Source: a virus (taxonomy: Duplodnaviria; Heunggongvirae; Uroviricota; Caudoviricetes). From it: DNA of 10,757 nt. The position numbers and the translations under genes were made by a program. The notes below the pieces were generated by a model that made no database searches, was not told the origin of the DNA, and saw only the letters and a list, made by a program, of their open reading frames with translations. The DNA lies in the IMG/VR virus record IMGVR_UViG_2778261515_000020, positions 1 to 10,757 of that record. One strand, given 5' to 3'. Positions 7,792-10,757 of this stretch are shown here, piece after piece. How positions within the stretch are numbered: the stretch's first letter is position 1; each line of letters begins with the position of its first letter.

Positions 7792-7948
7792 AGCTTCAGC
7801 CCCTTGTATCCGTTAAATGATTCGGCAACAATCATCACCCACCACGCGCGTAATCTCACCCCTGCGACGTTCTCCCGCCACGGCGACAACAAAAAGCAGT
7901 AACCCCCTCCGCACGCACATGCGACCATGCCGCACAGGGAGGGAACAG

Positions 7949-9049
7949 ATGACCGACACCACCATGCAATTGCTCAGTCAGGGCACAGACCCCGTGAAAA
8001 TGCCGGATTTTGATATTCTCGCGGAGGGTAAAACGCTGTCAGGCGTGGCAGAGCGCCTGATGAGCCTGTCACTGACCGACAACCGGGGATTTGAGGCGGA
8101 CCAGCTCACCATCACGCTGGATGATGCAGATGGTCAGTTGCAGCTACCGCCACGGGGCGCGCGCCTGACGGTTCTCATTGGCTGGAAAGGAGAACCGCTG
8201 ACAGAAAAAGGCACTTACATTGTTGATGAAATCGCTCACGAAGGACCGCCGGACAGGCTGACTGTTTCAGCCAGAAGCGCAGATTTTCGGGATGAATTTA
8301 ACGTTAAACGTGAGGTGTCCTGGCATGATGTGACCGTTGAGCGTGTGGTATCCGCCATCGCTCATCGGTACGGTCTGAAACCGCAAATCAGCGAAATGCT
8401 GATGGATATCGAAATCGACCACGCCGACCAGACCGAAGAAAGCGACATGTCCTTTCTTACGCGCATGGCGGAAATGCTGGGCGCAATCACCACGGTAAAA
8501 AGCGGTAATCTGTTATTCATTATGCCAGGCGGTGGCGTGAACGCACAGGGCCAGCCGTTGCCATCGTTCGCCATCACGCGCAGCAGTGGCGATCGCCATC
8601 AGTTCCGCATTGCTGACCGCGAAGCGTATACGGGGGTACGCGCTTACTGGCTTGATCTTAATTACGGGAAAAAGAAAAAAGTCAGCGTGAAACGCCGTAA
8701 ACCGAAAATGGAGAAAAGCAGTAGCCGTGAAGGCGACTATATGGAAGGTGCGGAAGGCAACGTGTTTGTGTTACGCAAGACTTATCAGAACGAACAGGCA
8801 GCAAGACGCGCTGCGGCGGCAAAGTGGCAGCAGCTACAACGCGGAGCCGCATCATTCTCCATCACACTGGCACGTGGACGCGCAGAACTCTACCCCGAAA
8901 TGCATGGCACGGTAACAGGATTTAAAAGCGAGATTGATAATCAGGACTGGATTATTGCAAAAGCCGAGCACACCATTGATAACAGCGGCTTTACCACGCA
9001 GCTTGAGCTTGAGGCAAAAATCCCGGAATGGATAGCGGAAACAGAGTGA
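7949..9049 (+). CDS. D: Late control / tail protein gpD-like
   Basis: Long ORF with a lysine-rich patch (GKKKKVSVKRRKPK) and overall gpD-like character. The start was chosen at the ATG at 7949 (GGGAGGG 5 nt upstream), not the alternative-start extension to 7817 in the track. Confidence 0.85.
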   Translation: MTDTTMQLLSQGTDPVKMPDFDILAEGKTLSGVAERLMSLSLTDNRGFEADQLTITLDDADGQLQLPPRGARLTVLIGWKGEPLTEKGTYIVDEIAHEGPPDRLTVSARSADFRDEFNVKREVSWHDVTVERVVSAIAHRYGLKPQISEMLMDIEIDHADQTEESDMSFLTRMAEMLGAITTVKSGNLLFIMPGGGVNAQGQPLPSFAITRSSGDRHQFRIADREAYTGVRAYWLDLNYGKKKKVSVKRRKPKMEKSSSREGDYMEGAEGNVFVLRKTYQNEQAARRAAAAKWQQLQRGAASFSITLARGRAELYPEMHGTVTGFKSEIDNQDWIIAKAEHTIDNSGFTTQLELEAKIPEWIAETE

Positions 9050-9091
9050 GCAACTTAGAATAGCGGCAGCACCACGTTAAGGGAGGTCGCT

Positions 9092-9352
9092 ATGTTCCGT
9101 TGTCCGCTTTGTGGCGCATCTGCCCGTATCCGCACCAGTCGTCCAGAAAATGATTCAAACACCGTGCGGCAAAAGTATTACCAGTGTAACAATCTGGAAT
9201 GCGGCGTATGCTTCTCAACACTGGAAGCTTTCCATAAATTCACATCAAAACACGCCTCCGGCGTTCACTCTTCAGAAGGTATCCCGTGGCATGATCTGCC
9301 AGCTTCACACAGGGGAAACAATCAGATGAGTTTGCCTTTACCTCAGAATTAA
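9092..9352 (+). CDS. ogr: Ogr/Delta-family zinc-finger late transcription activator
   Basis: MFRCPLCGASARIRTSR...YYQCNNLECGVCF is a Cys4 arrangement (C-x2-C ... C-x4-C) with clear N-terminal similarity to P2 Ogr as I recall it (MFHCPLC...ARTSR...YHQCQNVNC). Strong GGGAGG RBS. Located directly after D, as in P2. Confidence 0.85.
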   Translation: MFRCPLCGASARIRTSRPENDSNTVRQKYYQCNNLECGVCFSTLEAFHKFTSKHASGVHSSEGIPWHDLPASHRGNNQMSLPLPQN

Positions 9353-9750
9353 CAGACAGAATTGCCGGAGTAACAAAAAAAGCGATACACCCATTTACCC
9401 GGCAGTACCACTCCCCCGCCCCATAGCTGGCAGTGAGGCGGGATGTTTTGCCTACCCGCCAGCAGGCACCATCGTGGAAATATCCAACATTGAAGGACGC
9501 CCGGATAAGCCTGTTATCAGGCAAATCTTACCCATCGGTCATAACCTGCCTGATGTAAAGCCCGGCGAACAATTGCAACAACAGCGTGCAGAAGTGTTTC
9601 AGCATGTCACGACTGACGGAAGCTGGCGCAGAAAAACCGACCAGCAAATCCAAGAAGAAAAGCGCGTAAAACGATCACTGCTGATGTGGCGTTGCTTTAT
9701 ACAAGCTGCTATTTGCGATATGCTGAACACATCAACCTGTGGAGTGCATT

Positions 9751-10377
9751 ATGAAACAAAAATCAAAGTCTGCTGCCATTGCTGCTATTGCTACAGCTCT
9801 GACAGCATCACTGGCTCCGGTGCCAGCTAAAAGCACGATACTACCAACAACAGTTATTGAATCCGTGACACACGCCAGAGTGGTTTCAATGCTTACATTT
9901 GAGCATCATGATGGTCAGGTGTTTCTGCCTCTTGAAGAAGCTATTGAATATATCAACGGGCTGAATGACAACATGCGTGCCGCGCTCAATGCAGTCATTG
10001 AAGAACGACAGAACAGAGGCAAGGGAGCTCTGTTTGCTGACAAAACCGCAAAAATCATAAAAATATGCGAAGAGTCACTTAAGCAGCACAGCCGTGTTAA
10101 AGAGGCTGTCAAAATTGTAATGGATCCGGATAACCTGGCAAAAATGTATCCGGATAGCATGGAGCAAAGAATCGCCTATCGCAATAAACTGGTTCGTTTT
10201 GGTCGGGCAATTGCGCAGGGAGAGTTTATCGCTCGTGATGCCATCAACGCCATCAAACGAAGCACCGCACCAGACAAAACGACCAGCCTAGGCAATACGC
10301 TGTCTGACGGAAATGTGAAAGCAATGATTATTGCCGAGCATAAAAACATGGGACTCCCGGCACCGGAGTTTTCCTGA
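9751..10377 (+). CDS. Hypothetical protein (208 aa) with a hydrophobic N-terminal segment; first gene of a two-gene cargo operon and candidate partner of the downstream YafO-like protein
   Basis: Start chosen at the ATG at 9751 (GGAG 6 nt upstream); the track begins at an upstream GTG. The N-terminus MKQKSKSAAIAAIATALTASLAPVPA looks like a signal peptide or membrane anchor. I recognise no family. Its stop overlaps the next start (TGATG). Codon usage looks AT-richer than the tail genes. Confidence 0.6.
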   Translation: MKQKSKSAAIAAIATALTASLAPVPAKSTILPTTVIESVTHARVVSMLTFEHHDGQVFLPLEEAIEYINGLNDNMRAALNAVIEERQNRGKGALFADKTAKIIKICEESLKQHSRVKEAVKIVMDPDNLAKMYPDSMEQRIAYRNKLVRFGRAIAQGEFIARDAINAIKRSTAPDKTTSLGNTLSDGNVKAMIIAEHKNMGLPAPEFS

Positions 10378-10757
10378 TGGCAAGCAAAGTAAGCATTCAT
10401 AAAGATGTTGAATACCAGGACATTGCAAAAGTTTACGGAAAGGCTCTGGAAAACTGGTTAAATACCGGTGTTCTCCCTGACAGATTCGGCAATGAAGGGC
10501 AGTGGGAAGATAACGCAAGATTATGTGGTTCGTTTGTATATAAATTACACATAAGACTACCGTCAGAACCACCATGGAAGAAAAGCAAAGCCCAAATAGA
10601 CAGAACTTCAAATATCTATCTGGTTTATACAAGGCACTGGATGGATTATGACAATATACAAATCATCAGCATCATGGCCCCAGATGCTCACGAAAAAGCC
10701 AAAACTTCTTTCATGGCTGAGCTGGAAAGACGGGCAGAAGAATTCCAGAACTCATAA
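10377..10757 (+). CDS. YafO-family toxin-like protein (putative ribosome-dependent mRNA interferase)
   Basis: 126 aa. It shares with E. coli YafO, as I recall its sequence, the motifs GVLPDRFG (YafO GVLPDIFG), HIRL (HIHL), DRTSNIYLVYTRH (RTNDEAHLVYCQG), IISIMAPDAHEKA (LIAILKPEPHKLA) and MAELER (MAEAFR). The assignment is from memory, not from a database search. Confidence 0.5.
   Translation: MASKVSIHKDVEYQDIAKVYGKALENWLNTGVLPDRFGNEGQWEDNARLCGSFVYKLHIRLPSEPPWKKSKAQIDRTSNIYLVYTRHWMDYDNIQIISIMAPDAHEKAKTSFMAELERRAEEFQNS

Noticed and set aside
2213-7818. 8-bp direct repeat CGTTAAAT at both junctions of the inverted tail block (2213..2220 and 7811..7818)
   Set aside because: It is in direct, not inverted, orientation, so it cannot account for an inversion by site-specific recombination. 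Too short to exclude chance.
9353-9480. Possible tRNA or tmRNA 3' end, or P2 attP core, at the prophage edge
   Set aside because: I found no convincing match to the tmRNA 3' end or the P2 core as I remember them, nor a tRNA-like structure. This needs a real search.
9474-9830. 118-aa plus-strand ORF spanning the gap and overlapping the start of the 208-aa gene
   Set aside because: It starts at GTG without an RBS and overlaps the better-supported gene at 9751 out of frame. Most likely spurious, though a small leader peptide cannot be excluded.
1-10757. CRISPR arrays, rRNA or tRNA genes, IS elements or transposase genes
   Set aside because: I saw no short regularly spaced repeats, no transposase-like ORF and no terminal inverted repeats. 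The only notable repeats are the two tail-fiber cassette copies.

Overview
This window reads as the tail end of a P2-like (Peduovirus-type) prophage from an enterobacterium, followed by a small cargo operon. All calls rest on reading the ORF translations and sequence by eye; no searches were run. On the minus strand are a tail fiber assembly gene (truncated at the window start) and two tandem promoterless tail-fiber C-terminal cassettes that share a tail-collar-like region. A Hin/Gin/Cin/Pin-family serine DNA invertase follows on the plus strand, which together with the cassettes suggests an invertase-driven tail-fiber host-range switch. Next, on the minus strand, is a complete FI (sheath), FII (tube), E/E' (with a TTTTTTG -1 frameshift site), T (tape measure), U block, then D and an Ogr-like zinc-finger activator on the plus strand. 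The most unusual observation is gene order: the FI-to-U block is inverted relative to both the invertase and D/ogr, compared with the collinear FI-FII-E-T-U-D-ogr order I recall for P2. Beyond ogr, after about 400 bp of non-coding DNA, a two-gene translationally coupled operon encodes an unrecognised 208-aa protein and a 126-aa protein resembling YafO-family toxins. This is a candidate non-canonical toxin-antitoxin or defence module. No rRNA, tRNA, CRISPR array or IS element was seen.
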